A DNA stretch of 64,000 bases from Squalus acanthias (Eukaryota), in contig CM059438.1 in NCBI GenBank assembly GCA_030390025.1, forward strand, positions 59,212,001 to 59,276,000, written 5' to 3'. Positions 9,057 to 24,000 of the stretch are shown piece by piece. Under the pieces are notes generated by a model. That model did not search any database and had not been told where the DNA came from. It worked only from the letters and a program-made list of their open reading frames with translations. A program made the position numbers and the translations under genes. How positions within the stretch are numbered: position 1 is the first letter of the stretch; the number at the start of each line of letters is the position of its first letter.

Positions 9057-12000
9057 CAAACACACAGAGTAACGGCAGAACACACACACAGAGTGAGGGC
9101 AGAGCACACACACAGAGTGAGGGCAGAACACACACACAGAGTGAGGGCAGAGCACACACACAGAGTGAGGGCACAGCACACACAGAGTGAGGGCAGAGCA
9201 CACTCACAGAGTGAGGGCAGAGCACACACACAGAGTGAGGGCAGAGCACACACACAGAGTGAGGGTAGAACACACACACAGAGTGAGGGCAGAACACACA
9301 CACAGAGTGAGGGCAGAGCACACACACAGAGTGATGGCAGAGCACACACACAGAGTGAGGGCACAGCACACACAGAGTGAGGGCAGAGCACACAAACAGA
9401 GTGAGGGCAGAGCAAACACAGAGTGAGGGCAGAGCAAACACACAGAGTGAGGGCAGAGCACACACACAGAGTGAGGGCAGAGCACACTCACAGAGTGAGG
9501 GCAGAGCAAACACAGAGTGAGGGCAGAGCACACACACAGAGTGAGGGCAGAGCACACACACAGAGTGAGGGCAGAGCACACACACAGAGTGAGGGCAGAG
9601 CACACTCACAGAGTGAGGGCAGAGCAAACACAGAGTGAGGGCAGAGCACACACACAGAGTGAGGGCAGAGCACACACACAGAGTGAGGGCAGAGCACACA
9701 CACAGAGTGAGGGCAGAGCAAACACAGAGTGAGGGCAGAGCACACACACAGAGTGAGGGTAGAGCACACACACAGAGTGAGGGCAGAGCACACACACAGA
9801 GTGAGGGCAGAGCACACACACAGAGTGAGGGCAGAGCACACACACAGAGTGAGGGCAGAGCACACACACAGAGTGAGGGTAGAACACACAGAGTGAGGGC
9901 AGAGCACACACACAGAGTGAGGGTAGAGCACACACACAGAGTGAGGGCAGAGCACACACACAGAGTGAGGGTAGAGCACACACACAGAGTGAGGGCAGAG
10001 CACACACACAGAGTGAGGGCAGAGCACACACACAGAGTGAGGGCAGAGCACACACACAGAGTGAGGGTAGAACACACAGAGTGAGGGCAGAGCACACACA
10101 CAGAGTGAGGGCAGAGCACACACACAGAGTGAGGGCAGAGCACACACACAGAGTGAGGGCAAAACACACACACAGAGTGAGGGCAGAGCAAACACACAGA
10201 GTGAGGGCAGAGCAAACACACAGAGTGAGGGCAGAGCACACACAGAGTGAGGGCAGAGCAAACAGACAGAGTGAGGGCAGAGCACACACACAGAGTGAGG
10301 GCAGAACACACACACAGAGTGAGGGCAGAGCACACACACAGAGTGAGGGCAGAGCACACACAGAGTGAGGGCAGAGCACACACCCAGAGTGAGGGCAGAG
10401 CAAACACACAGAGTGAGGGCAGAGCACAAACAGAGTGAGGGCTCAGCACACACAGAGTGAGGGCAGAGCACACACACAGAGTGAGGGCAGAGCACAAACA
10501 GAGTGAGGGCTCAGCACACACAGAGTGAGGGCAGAGCACACACACAGAGTGAGGGCAGAGCACACACACAGAGTGAGGGCAGAGCACACACCCAGAGTGA
10601 GGGCAGAGCAAACACACAGAGTGAGGGCAAAACACACACACAGAGTGAGGGCAGAGCACACACCCAGAGTGAGGGCAGAGCAAACACACAGAGTGAGGGC
10701 AAAACACACACACAGAGTGAGGGCAGAGCACACACACAGAGTGAGGGCAGAGCACACACACAGAGTGAGGGCAGAGCACACACACAGAGTGAGGGCAGAG
10801 CACACACCCAGAGTGAGGGCAGAGCAAACACACAGAGTGAGGGCAAAACACACACACACAGAGTGAGGGCAGAGCACACACACAGAGTGAGGGCAGAGCA
10901 CACACACAGAGTGAGGGCAGAGCACACACACAGAGTGAGGGCAGAGCACACACACAGAGTGAGGGCAGAGCACACACACAGAGTGAGGGCAAAACACACA
11001 CACACAGAGTGAGGGCAGAGCACACACAGAGTGAGGGCAAAACACACACAGAGTGAGGGCAGAGCACACACACAGAGTGAGGGCAGAGCACACACACAGA
11101 GTGAGGGCAAAACACACACACAGAGTGAGGGCAAAACACACACACAGAGTGAGGGCAGAGCACACACACAGAGTGAGGGCAGAGCACACACACAGAGTGA
11201 GGGCAGAGCACACACACAGAGTGAGGGCAGAGCACACACACAGAGTGAGGGCAAAACACACACAGAGTGAGGGCAGAGCACACACACAGAGTGAGGGCAG
11301 AGCACACACACAGAGTGAGGACAGAGCACACACACAGAGTGAGGGCAGAGCACACACACAGAGTGAGGGCACAGCACACACACAGAGTGAGGGCAGAGCA
11401 CACACACGGAGTGAGGGCACAGCACACACACAGAGTGAGGGCAGAGCACACACACGGAGTGAGGGCACAGCACACACACAGAGTGAGGGCAGAGCACACA
11501 CACAGAGTGAGGGCAGAGCACACACACAGAGTGAGGGCAGAGCACACACACAGAGTGAGGGCACAGCACACACACAGAGTGAGGGCAGAGCACACACACA
11601 GAGGTGAGGGCAGAGCACACACACAGAGTGAGGGCAGAGCACACACACAGAGTGAGGGCAGAGCAACACACAGAGTGAGGGCAGAGCACACACACAGAGT
11701 GAGGGCTGAGCACACACACAGAGTGAGGGCAGAGCACACACACAGAGTGAGGGCAGAGCACACACACAGAGTGAGGGCAGAGCACACACACAGAGTGAGG
11801 GCAGAGCACACACACAGAGTGAGGGCAGAGCAAACACAGAGTGAGGGCAGAGCACACACCAGAGTGAGGGCAGAGCACACACACAGAGTGAGGGCAAGCA
11901 CAACACAGAGTGAGGGCAGAGCACACACACAGAGTGAGGGCAGAGCACACACACAGAGTGAGGGCAGAGCAACACACAGAGTGAGGGCAGACACACACAC

Positions 12001-15000
12001 AGAGTGAGGGCAGAGCACACACACAGAGTGAGGGCAGAGCACACACACAGAGTGAGGGCAAACACACACACAGAGTGAGGGCAGAGCACACACACAGAGT
12101 GAGGGCAGAAACACACACAGAGTGAGGGCAGAGCACACACACAGAGTGAGGGCAGAGCACACACACAGAGTGAGGGCAGAGCACACACACAGAGTGAGGG
12201 CAGAGCACACACACAGAGTGAGGGCAGAGCACACACACAGAGTGAGGGCAGAGCACACACACAGAGTGAGGGCAAGAGCACACACAGAGTGAGGGCAGAG
12301 CACACACACAGAGTGAGGGGCAGAGCAACACACAGAGTGAGGGCAGAGCACACACACAGAGTGAGGGCAGAGCACACACACAGAGTGAGGGCAGAGCAAA
12401 CACACAGAGTGAGGGCAGAGCACACACAGAGTGAGGGCAGAGCACACACACAGAGTGAGGGCAGAGCACACACACAGAGTGAGGGCAGAGCACACACACA
12501 GAGTGAGGGCAGAGCACACACAGAGTGAGGGCAGAGCACACACACAGAGTGAGGGCAGAGCACACACACAGAGTGAGGGCAGAGCACACACACAGAGTGA
12601 GGGCAGAGCACACACACAGAGTGAGGGCAGAGCACACACACAGAGTGAGGGCAGAGCAAACACACAGAGTGAGGGCAGAGCACACACACAGAGTGAGGGC
12701 ATAGCACACACACAGAGTGAGGGCAGAGCACACACAGAGTGAGGGCAGAGCAAACACACAGAGTGAGGGCAGAGCACACACACAGAGTGAGGGCAGAGCA
12801 CACACACAGAGTGAGGGCAGAGCACACACACAGAGTGAGGGCAGAGCACACACACAGAGTGAGGGCAGAGCACACACACAGAGTGAGGGCAGAGCACACA
12901 CCCAGAGTGAGGGCAGAGCACACACACAGAGTGAGGGCAGAGCACACACACAGAGTGAGGCAGAGCACACACACAGAGTGAGGGCAGAGCAACACACAGA
13001 GTGAGGGCAGAGCACACACACAGAGTGAGGGCAGAGCACACACACAGAGTGAGGGCAGAGCACACACACAGAGTGAGGGCAAGCAAACACACAGAGTGAG
13101 GGCAGAGCACACACACAGAGTGAGGGCAGAGCACACACACAGAGTGAGGGCAGAGCACACACACAGAGTGAGGGCAGAGCACACACACAGAGTGAGGGCA
13201 GAGCACACACACAGAGTAGAGGGCAGAGCACACACACAGAGTGAGGGCAGAAGCACACACACAGAGTGAGGGCAGAGCACACACACAGAGTGAGGGCAGA
13301 GCACACACACAGAGTGAGGGCAGAGCACACACACAGAGTGAGGGCAGAGCAAACACAGAGTGAGGGCAGAGCACACACACAGAGTGAGGGCAGAGCAAAC
13401 ACACAGAGTGAGGGCAGAGCACACACACAGAGTGAGGGCAGAGCACACACACAGAGTGAGGGCAGAGCACACACACAGAGTGAGGGCAGAAACAGAACAC
13501 CCACACAGAGTGAGGGCAGAGCACACACACAGAGTGAGGGCAGAGCACACACAAGAGTGAGGGCGAAGCACACACACAGAGTGAGGGGCAGAGCAAACAC
13601 ACAGAGTGAGGGCAGAGCACACACACAGAGTGAGGGCAGAGCACACACACAGAGTGAGGGCAGAGCACACACACAGAGTGAGGCAGAGCACACACACAGA
13701 GTGAGGGCAGAGCAAACACACAGAGTGAGGGCAGAGCACACACACAGAGTGAGGGCAGAGCACACACACAGAGTGAGGAGCAAACACACAGAGTGAGGGG
13801 CAGAGCACACACACAGAGTGTGGGCACATTGCGACACAAACTGGTGAGTTGCAGAGCACACACACTCTGAGTGAGCGCAGAGCACACACACCAGAGTGGA
13901 GGCAAGCCAGAGGAGGCAGAGCACACACAGAGTGAGGGGCAGAGCAAACATCACAGAGTGAGGGCAGAGCAGCACACACAGAGTGAGGGCAGAGCACACA
14001 CACAGAGTGAGGGCAGAACACTCACAAAGAGTGATGGCAGAGCACACATACAGAGTGAGGGCAGAGCAAACACACAGAGTGAGGGCAGAGCACACACACA
14101 AGAGTGAGGGCAGAGCAAACACACAGAGTGAGGGGCAGAGCACACACACAGAGTGAGGGCAGAGCAAACACACAGAGTGAGGGCAGAGCACACACAAGAG
14201 TGAGGGCAGAGCACACACACAGAGTGAGGGCAGAGCAGACACACAGAGTGAGGGCAGAGCAACACACAGAGTGAGGGCAGAGCACACACACAGAGTGAGG
14301 GCAGAGCACACACACAGAGTGAGGGCAGAGCACACACAAGAGTGAGGGCAGAGCACACCACTCAGAGTGAGGCAGAGCAAACACACAGAGTGAGGGCAGA
14401 GCAGACACACAGAGTGAGGGCAGAGCACACACACAGAGTGAGGGCAGAGCACGACACACAGAGTGAGGGCAGAGCACACACACAGAGTGAGGGCAGAGCA
14501 CACACACAGTGTGAGGGCAGAGCAAACACACAGAGTGAGGGCAGAGCACACACACAGAGTGAGGGCAGAGCACACACACAGAGTGAGGGCAGAGCACACA
14601 CACAGAGTGAGGGCAGAGCACACACACAGAGTGAGGGCAGAGCACACACACAGAGTGAGGGCAGAGCAACACACAGAGTGAGGGCAGAGCAACACACAGA
14701 GTGAGGGCAGAGCACCCAGAGTGAGGGCAGAGCACACACACAGAGTGAGGGCAGAGCACACACACAGAGTGAGGGCAGAGCCACACACAGAGTGAGGGCA
14801 GAGCACACACACAGAGTGAGGGCAGAGCAAACACAGAGTGAGGGCAGAGCACACACACAGAGTGAGGGCAGAGCACACACACAGAGTGAGGGCAGAGCAC
14901 ACACACAGAGTGAGGGCAGAGCACACACACAGAGTGAGGCAGAGCACACACACAGAGTGAGGGCAGAGCACACACACAGAGTGAGGGCAGAGCACACACA

Positions 15001-18000
15001 CAGAGAGAGGGCAGAGTAAACACAGAGTAAGGATAGAGCAAACACACAGAGTGAGGGCAGAGCACACACACAGAGTGAGGGCAGAGCACACACACAGAGT
15101 GAGGGCAGAGCACACACCCAGAGTGAGGGCAGAGCAAACACACAGAGTGAGGGCAGAGCACACACACAGAGTGAGGGCAGAGCACACACACAGAGTGAGG
15201 GCAGAGCACACACACAGAGTGAGGGCAGAGCACACACACAGAGTGAGGGCAGAGCACACACACAGAGTGAGGGCAGAGCACACACACAGAGTGAGGGCAG
15301 AGCACACACACAGAGTGAGGGCAGAAGCAACACACAGAGTGAGGGCAGAGCACACACACAGAGTGAGGGCAGAGCACAAACACAGAGTGAGGGCAGAGCA
15401 CACACACAGAGTGAGGGCAGAGCACACACACAGAGTGAGGGCAGAGCACACACACAGAGTGGGGCAGAGCACACCACAGAGTGAGGGCAGAGCAAACACA
15501 CAGAGTGAGGGCAGAGCACACACAGAGTGAGGGCAGAGCACACACACAGAGTGAGGGCAGAGCACACACACAGAGTGAGGGCAGAGCACACACACAGAGT
15601 GAGGGCAGAGCACACACACAGAGTGAGGGCAGAGCACCACACATGAGTGAGGGCAGAGCACACACACAGAGTGAGGGCAGAGCACACACACAGAGTGAGG
15701 GCAGAGCACACACACAGAGTGAGGGCAGAGCACACACACAGAGTGAGGGCAGAGCACACACACAGAGTGAGGGCAGAGGGCAGAGCACACACACAGAGTG
15801 AGGGCTGAGCACACACACAGAGTGAGGGCAGAGCACACACAAAGGTGAGGGCAGAGGAACACACACAGAGTGAGGGCAGAGCACACACACAGAGTGAGGG
15901 CAGAGCAACACACAGAGTGAGGGCAGAGCACACACACAGAGTGAGGGGCAGAGGCACACACACAGAGTGAGGGCAGAGCACACACACAGAGTGAGGGCAG
16001 AGCACACACACAGAGTGAGGGCAGAGCACACACACAGAGTGAGGGCAGAGCACACACACAGAGTGAGGGCAGAGCACACACACAGAGTGAGGGCAGAGCA
16101 CACACACAGAGTGAGGCAGAGCACACACACAGAGTGAGGCAGAGCACACACACAGAGTGAGGGCAGAGCACACACCAGAGTGAGGGCAGAGCACACACAC
16201 AGAGTGAGGGCAGCAGACAGTGCACACACACAGAGTGAGGGCAGAGCACACACACAGAGTGAGGGCAGAGCACACACACAGAGTGAGGGCAGAGCAAACA
16301 CACAGAGTGAGGGCAGAGCACACACACAGAGTGAGGGCAGAGCACACACACAGAGTGAGGGCAGAGCACACACACAGAGTGAGGGCAGAGCACACACACA
16401 GAGTGAGAGGCAGAGCAACACACAGAGTGAGGGCAGAGCAAACACACAGAGTGAGGGCAGAGCAAACACACAGAGTAAGGGCAGAGCAAACACAGAGTGA
16501 GGGCAGAGCACACACACAGAGTGAGGGCAGAGCACACAACAGAGTGAGGGCAGAGCACACACACAGAGTGAGGGCAGAGCACAACACACAGAGTGAGGGC
16601 CAGAGCACACACACAGAGTGAGGGCAGAGCACACACACAGAGTGAGGCAGAGCACACACACAGAGTTGAGGGCAAGCAACACTCACAGAGTGAGGGCAGA
16701 GCACACACACAGATGAGGGCAGAGCACACACACAGAGTGAGGGCAAAGCAAACACACAGAGTGAGGGCAGAGCACAACACAGAGGAGGGCAGAGCAACAC
16801 ACAGAGTGAGGGCAGAGCACACACAGAGTGAGGGCAGAGCACACACACAGAGTGAGGCCAGAGCACACACACAGAGTGGAGGGCAGAGCACACACACAGA
16901 GTGAGGGCAGAGCACAACACACAGAGTGAGGGCAAGAGCACACACACAGAGTGAGGGCAGAGCAAACACACAGAGTGAGGCAGAGCACACACACAGAGTG
17001 AGGGCAGAGCACACACACAGAGTGAGGGCAGAGCACACACACCAGAGTGAGGGCAAAGCACACACCCAGAGTGAGCGGCAGAAGCCACACACACAGAGTG
17101 AGGCAGAGCACACACTCAAGAGTGAGGGCAGACACACACACAGAGTGAGGGCAGAGAAACACACAGAGTGAGGGCAGAGCACACACACAGAGTGAGGGCA
17201 GAGCAACACACAGAGTGAGGGCAGAGCACACACACAGAGTGAGGGCAGAGCAACACACAGAGTGAGGGCAGAGCAACACACCAGAGTGAGGGCAGAGCAC
17301 ACACACAGAGTGAGGGCAGAGCACACACACAGAGTGAGGGCAGAGCACACACACAGAGTGAGGGCAGAGCACACACACAGAGTGAGGGCAGAGCACACAC
17401 ACAGAGTGAGGGCAGAGCACACACACAGAGTGAGGGCAGAGCACACACACAGAGTGAGGGCAGAGCACACACACAGAGTGAGGGCAGAGCACACACACAG
17501 AGTGAGGGCAGAGCACACACACAGAGTGAGGGCAGAGCACAACACACAGAGTGAGGGCAGAGCACACACACAGAGTGAGGGCAGAGCACACACAGAGTGA
17601 GGGCAGAGCACACACACAGAGTGAGGGCAGAGCACACACACAGAGTGAGGGCAGAGCACACACACAGAGTGAGGGCAGAGCAAACACACAGAGTGAGGGC
17701 AGAGCACACACAGAGTGAGGGCAGAGCAAACACACAGAGTGAGGGCAGAGCACACACACAGAGTGAGGGCAGAGCACACACACAGAGTGAGGGCAGAGCA
17801 CACACACAGAGTGAGGGCAGAGCACACACACAGAGTGAGGGCAGAGACACACCAGAGTGAGGGCAGAGCACACACACAGAGTGAGGGCAGACACACACAC
17901 AGAGTGAGGGCACGAGCACACACACAGAGTGAGGGCAGAAGCACACACACAGAGTGAGGGCAGAGCACACACAACAGAGTGAGGGCCAGAGCACACACAC

Positions 18001-21000
18001 AGAGTGAGGCAGAAGCACACACACAGAGTGAGGGCAGAGCACACACACAGAGTGAGGGCAGAACACACACACAGAGTGAGGCAGAGCACACACACAGAGT
18101 GAGGGCAGAGCACACACACAGAGTGAGGGCAAGAAACACACAGAGTGAGGGCAGGCACTCACCAGAGTGAGGGCAGAGCACACACACAGAGTGAGGGCAG
18201 AGCACACACACAGAGTGAGGGCAAGCACACACACAGAGTGAGGGCAGAGCACACACACAGAGTGAGGGCAGAGCACACACACAGAGTGAGGGCAGAGCAA
18301 CCACACAGAGGAGGGCAAGCACACACACAGAGTGAGGGCAGAGCAACACACACCAGAGTGAGGGGCAGAGCACACACACAGAGTGAGGGCAAGAGCACAC
18401 ACACAGAGTGAGGGCAGAGCACACACACAGAGTGAGGGCAGAGCACACACACAGAGTGAGGGCAGAGCACACACACAGAGTGAGGGCAGAGCACACACAC
18501 AGAGTGAGGGCAGAGCACACACACAGAGTGAGGGCAGAGCACACACACAGAGTGAGGGCAGAGCACACACACAGAGTGAGGGCAGAGCACACACACAGAG
18601 TGAGGGCAGAGCACACACACAGAGTGAGGGCAGAGCACACACACAGAGTGAGGGCAAAACACACACAAGAGTGAGGGCAGAGCACACACACAGAGTGAGG
18701 GCAAAACACACAGAGTGAGGGCAGAGCACACACACAGAGTGAGGGCAAAACACACACAGAGTGAGGGCAGAGCACACACACAGAGTGAGGCAGAGCAAAC
18801 ACACAGAGTGAGGGCAGAGCAAACACACAGAGTGAGGGCAGAGCACACACACAGAGTGAGGGCAGAGCACACACACAGAGTGAGGGCAGAGCACACACAC
18901 AGAGTGAGGGCAAAACACACAGAGTGAGGGCAGAGCACACACACAGAGTGAGGGCAGAGCACACACAGAGTGAGGGCAGAGCAAACACACAGAGTGAGGG
19001 CAGAGCACACACACAGAGTGAGGGCAGAGCACACACACAGAGTGAGGGCAGAGCACACACACAGAGTGAGGGCAGAGCACACACACAGAGTGAGGGCAGA
19101 GCAAACACACAGAGTGAGGGCAGAGCACACACACAGAGTGAGGGCAGAGCAAACACACAGAGTGAGGGCAGAGCAAACACACAGAGTGAGGGCAGAGCAC
19201 ACACACAGAGTGAGGGCAGAGCACACACACAGAGTGAGGGCAGAGCACACACAGAGTGAGGGCAGAGCACACACAGAGTGAGGGCAGAGCACACACACAG
19301 AGTGAGGGCAGAGCACACACACAGAGTGAGGGCAGAGCACACACACAGAGTGAGGGCAGAGCACACACACAGAGTGAGGGCAGAGCACACACACAGAGTG
19401 AGGGCAGAGCACACACACAGAGTGAGGGCAGAGCACACACACAGAGTGAGGGCAGAGCACACACACAGAGTGAGGGCAGAGCACACACACAGAGTGAGGG
19501 CAGAGCACACACACAGAGTGAGGGCAGAGCACACACACAGAGTGAGGGCAGAGCACACACACAGAGTGAGGGCAGAGCACACACACAGAGTGAGGGCAGA
19601 GCACACACAGAGTGAGGGCAGAGCACACACACAGAGTGAGGGCAGAGCACACACACAGAGTGAGGGCAGAGCACACACACAGAGTGAGGGCAGAGCACAC
19701 ACAGAGTGAGGGCAGAGCACACACACAGAGTGAGGGCAGAGCACACACACAGAGTGAGGGCAGAGCACACACACAGAGTGAGGGCAGAGGACACACACAG
19801 AGTGAGGGCAGAGCACACACACAGAGTGAGGGCTGAGCACACACACAGAGTGAGGGCAGAGCACACACACAGAGTGAGGGCAGAGCACACACACAGAGTG
19901 AGGGCAGAGCACACACACAGAGTGAGGGCAGAGCACACACACAGAGTGAGGGCAGAGCACACACACAGAGTGAGGGCAGAGCACACACACAGAGTGAGGG
20001 CAGAGCACACACACAGAGTGAGGGCAGAGCACACACACAGAGTGAGGGCAGAGCACACACACAGAGTGAGGGCAGAGCACACACAGAGTGAGGGCAGAGC
20101 ACACACACAGAGTGAGGGCAGAGCACACACAGAGTGAGGGCAGAGCACACACACAGAGTGAGGGCAGAGCACACACACAGAGTGAGGGCAGAGCACACAC
20201 ACAGAGTGAGGGCAGAGCACACACACAGAGTGAGGGCAGAGCACACACACAGAGTGAGGGCAGAGCACACACACAGAGTGAGGGCAGAGCACACACACAG
20301 AGTGAGGGCAGAGCACACACACAGAGTGAGGGCAGAGCACACACACAGAGTGAGGGCAGAGCACACACACAGAGTGAGGGCAGAGCACACACACAGAGTG
20401 AGGGCAGAGCACACACACAGAGTGAGGGCAGAGCACACACACAGAGTGAGGGCAGAGCACACACACAGAGTGAGGGCAGAGCACACACACAGAGTGAGGG
20501 CAGAGCACACACACAGAGTGAGGGCAGAGCACACACACAGAGTGAGGGCAGAGCACACACACAGAGTGAGGGCAGAGCACACACACAGAGTGAGGGCAAA
20601 ACACACAGAGTGAGGGCAGAGCACACACACAGAGTGAGGGCAAAACACACAGAGTGAGGGCAGAGCACACACACAGAGTGAGGGCAAAACACACAGAGTG
20701 AGGGCAGAGCACACACACAGAGTGAGGGCAGAGCAAACACACAGAGTGAGGGCAGAGCAAACACACAGAGTGAGGGCAGAGCACACACACAGAGTGAGGG
20801 CAGAGCACACACACAGAGTGAGGGCAGAGCACACACACAGAGTGAGGGCAAAACACACAGAGTGAGGGCAGAGCACACACACAGAGTGAGGGCAAAACAC
20901 ACAGAGTGAGGGCAGAGCAGACACACAGAGTGAGGGCAAAACACACAGAGTGAGGGCAGAGCAAACACACAGAGTGAGGGCAGAGCACACACACAGAGTG

Positions 21001-24000
21001 AGGGCAGAGCACACACACAGAGTGAGGGCAAAACACACAGAGTGAGGGCAGAGCACACACACAGAGTGAGGGCAGAGCACACACACAGAGTGAGGGCAGA
21101 ACACACACACAGAGTGAGGGCAGAGCACACACACAGAGTGAGGGCAGAGCACACACACAGAGTGAGGGCAGAGCACACACACAGAGTGAGGGCAGACACA
21201 CACACAGAGTGAGGGCAGAGCACACACACAGAGTGAGGGCAGAGCACACACACAGAGTGAGGGCAAAACACACACACAGAGTGAGGGCAGAGCACACACA
21301 CAGAGTGAGGGCAGAGCACACACACAGAGTGAGGGCAGAGCACACACACAGAGTGAGGGCAGAGCACACACACAGAGTGAGGGCAGAGCACACACACAGA
21401 GTGAGGGCAGAGCACACACACAGAGTGAGGGCAGAGCAAACACACAGAGTGAGGGCAGAGCACACACACAGAGTGAGGGCAGAGCACACACACAGAGTGA
21501 GGGCAGAGCACACACACAGAGTGAGGGCAGAGCACACACACAGAGTGAGGGCAGAGCACACACACAGAGTGAGGGCAGAGCACACACACAGAGTGAGGGC
21601 AGAAACACACACAGAGTGAGGGCAGAGCACACACACAGAGTGAGGGCAAAGCACACACAGAGTGAGGGCAGAGCACACACACAGAGTGAGGGCAGAGCAC
21701 ACACACAGAGTGAGGGCAGAGCACACACACAGAGTGAGGGCAGAGCACACACACAGAGTGAGGGCAAAGCACACACACAGAGTGAGGGCAGAGCACACAC
21801 ACACAGAGTGAGGGCAGAGCACACACACAGAGTGAGGGCAGAGCACACACACAGAGTGAGGGCAGAGCACACACACAGAGTGAGGGCAGAGCACACACAC
21901 AGAGTGAGGGCAGAGCACACACACAGAGTGAGGGCAGAGCACACACACAGAGTGAGGGCAGAGCAAACACACAGAGTGAGGGCAGAGCACACACACAGAG
22001 TGAGGGCAGAGCAGCACACACAGAGTGAGGGCAGAGCACACCACAGAGTGAGGGCAGAGCACACACACAGAGTGAGGGCACAGCACACACACAGAGTGAG
22101 GGCAGAGCACACACACAGAGTGAGGGCAGAGCACACACACAGAGTGAGGGCAGAGCACACACACAGAGTGAGGGCAGAGCACACACACAGAGTGAGGGCA
22201 GAGCAAACACACAGAGTGAGGGCAGAGCACACACACAGAGTGAGGGCAGAGCACACACACAGAGTGAGGGCAGAGCAAACACAGAGTGAGGGCAGAGCAC
22301 ACACACAGAGTGAGGGCAGAGCACACACACAGAGTGAGGGCAGAGCACACACACAGAGTAAGGGCAGAGCACACACACAGAGTGAGGGCAGAGCACACAC
22401 ACAGAGTGAGGGCAGAGCACACACACAGAGTGAGGGCAGAGCAAACACACAGAGTGAGGGCAGAGCACACACACAGAGTGAGGGCAGAGCACACACACAG
22501 AGTGAGGGCAGAGCAAACACACAGAGTGAGGGCAGAGCACACACACAGAGTGAGGGCAGAGCACACAGAGTGAGGGCAGAGCACACACACAGAGTGAGGG
22601 CAGAGCACACACAGAGTGAGGGCAGAGCACACACACAGAGTGAGGGCAGAGCACACACACAGAGTGAGGGCAGAGCAAACACACAGAGTGAGGGCAGAGC
22701 ACACACACAGAGTGAGGGCAGAGCACACACACAGAGTGAGGGCAGAGCACACACACAGAGTGAGGGCAGAGCACACACACAGAGTGAGGGCAGAGCACAC
22801 ACACAGAGTGAGGGCAGAGCACACACACAGAGTGAGGGCAGAGCAGCACACCACAGAGTGAGGGCAGAGCACACACACAGAGTGAGGGCAGAGCACACAC
22901 ACAGAGTGAGGGCAGAGCAAACACACAGAGTGAGGGCAGAGCACACACACAGAGTGAGGGCAGAGCACACACACAGAGTGAGGGCAGAGCACACACACAG
23001 AGTGAGGGCAGAGCACACACACAGAGTGAGGCAGAGCACAACACAGAGTGAGGGCAGAGCAACACACAGAGTGAGGGCAGAGCACACACACAGAGTGAGG
23101 GCAGAGCACACACACAGAGTGAGGGCAGAGCACACACACAGAGTGAGGGCAGAGCACACACACAGAGTGAGGGCAGAGCACACACACAGAGTGAGGGCAG
23201 AGCACACACACAGAGTGAGGGCAGAGCACACACACAGAGTGAGGGCAGAGCACACACACAGAGTGAGGGCAGAGCACACACACAGAGTGAGGGCAGATCA
23301 CACACAGAGTGAGGGCAGAGCACACACACAGAGTGAGGGCAGAGCACACACACAGAGTGAGGGCAGAGCAAACACACAGAGTGAGGGCAGAGCAAACACA
23401 CAGAGTGATGGCAGATCACACACACAGAGTGAGGCAGAGCACACACACAGAGTGAGGGCAGAGCACACACACAGAGTGAGGGCAGAGCACAACACCAGGA
23501 GTGAGGGCAGAGAAACACACAGAGTGAGGGCAGAGCACACACACAGAGTGAGGGCAGAAGCACACACACAGAGTAGAGGGCAAGCACACCACACAGAGTG
23601 AGGGCAGAGCACACACACAGAGTGAGGGCAGAGCAAACCACAGAGTGAGGGCAGAGCACACACAGAGTGAGGGCAGAGCAAACACACAGAGTGAGGGCAG
23701 AGCACACACACAGAGTGAGGGCAGAGCACACACACAGAGTGAGGGCAGAGCACACACACAGAGTGAGGGCAGAGCAAACACACAGAGTGAGGGCAGAACA
23801 CACACACAGAGTGAGGGCAGAGCAAACACACAGAGAGAGGGCAGAGCAACAACACAGAGTGAGGGCAGAGCACACACACCGAGTAAGGGCAGAGCAGACA
23901 CACAGAGTGAGGGCAGAGCACACACACAGAGTGAGGGGCAGAGCAAACACACAGAGTGAGGCAGAGCAACCACACCATAGTGAGGGCATAGCCCCACCCA

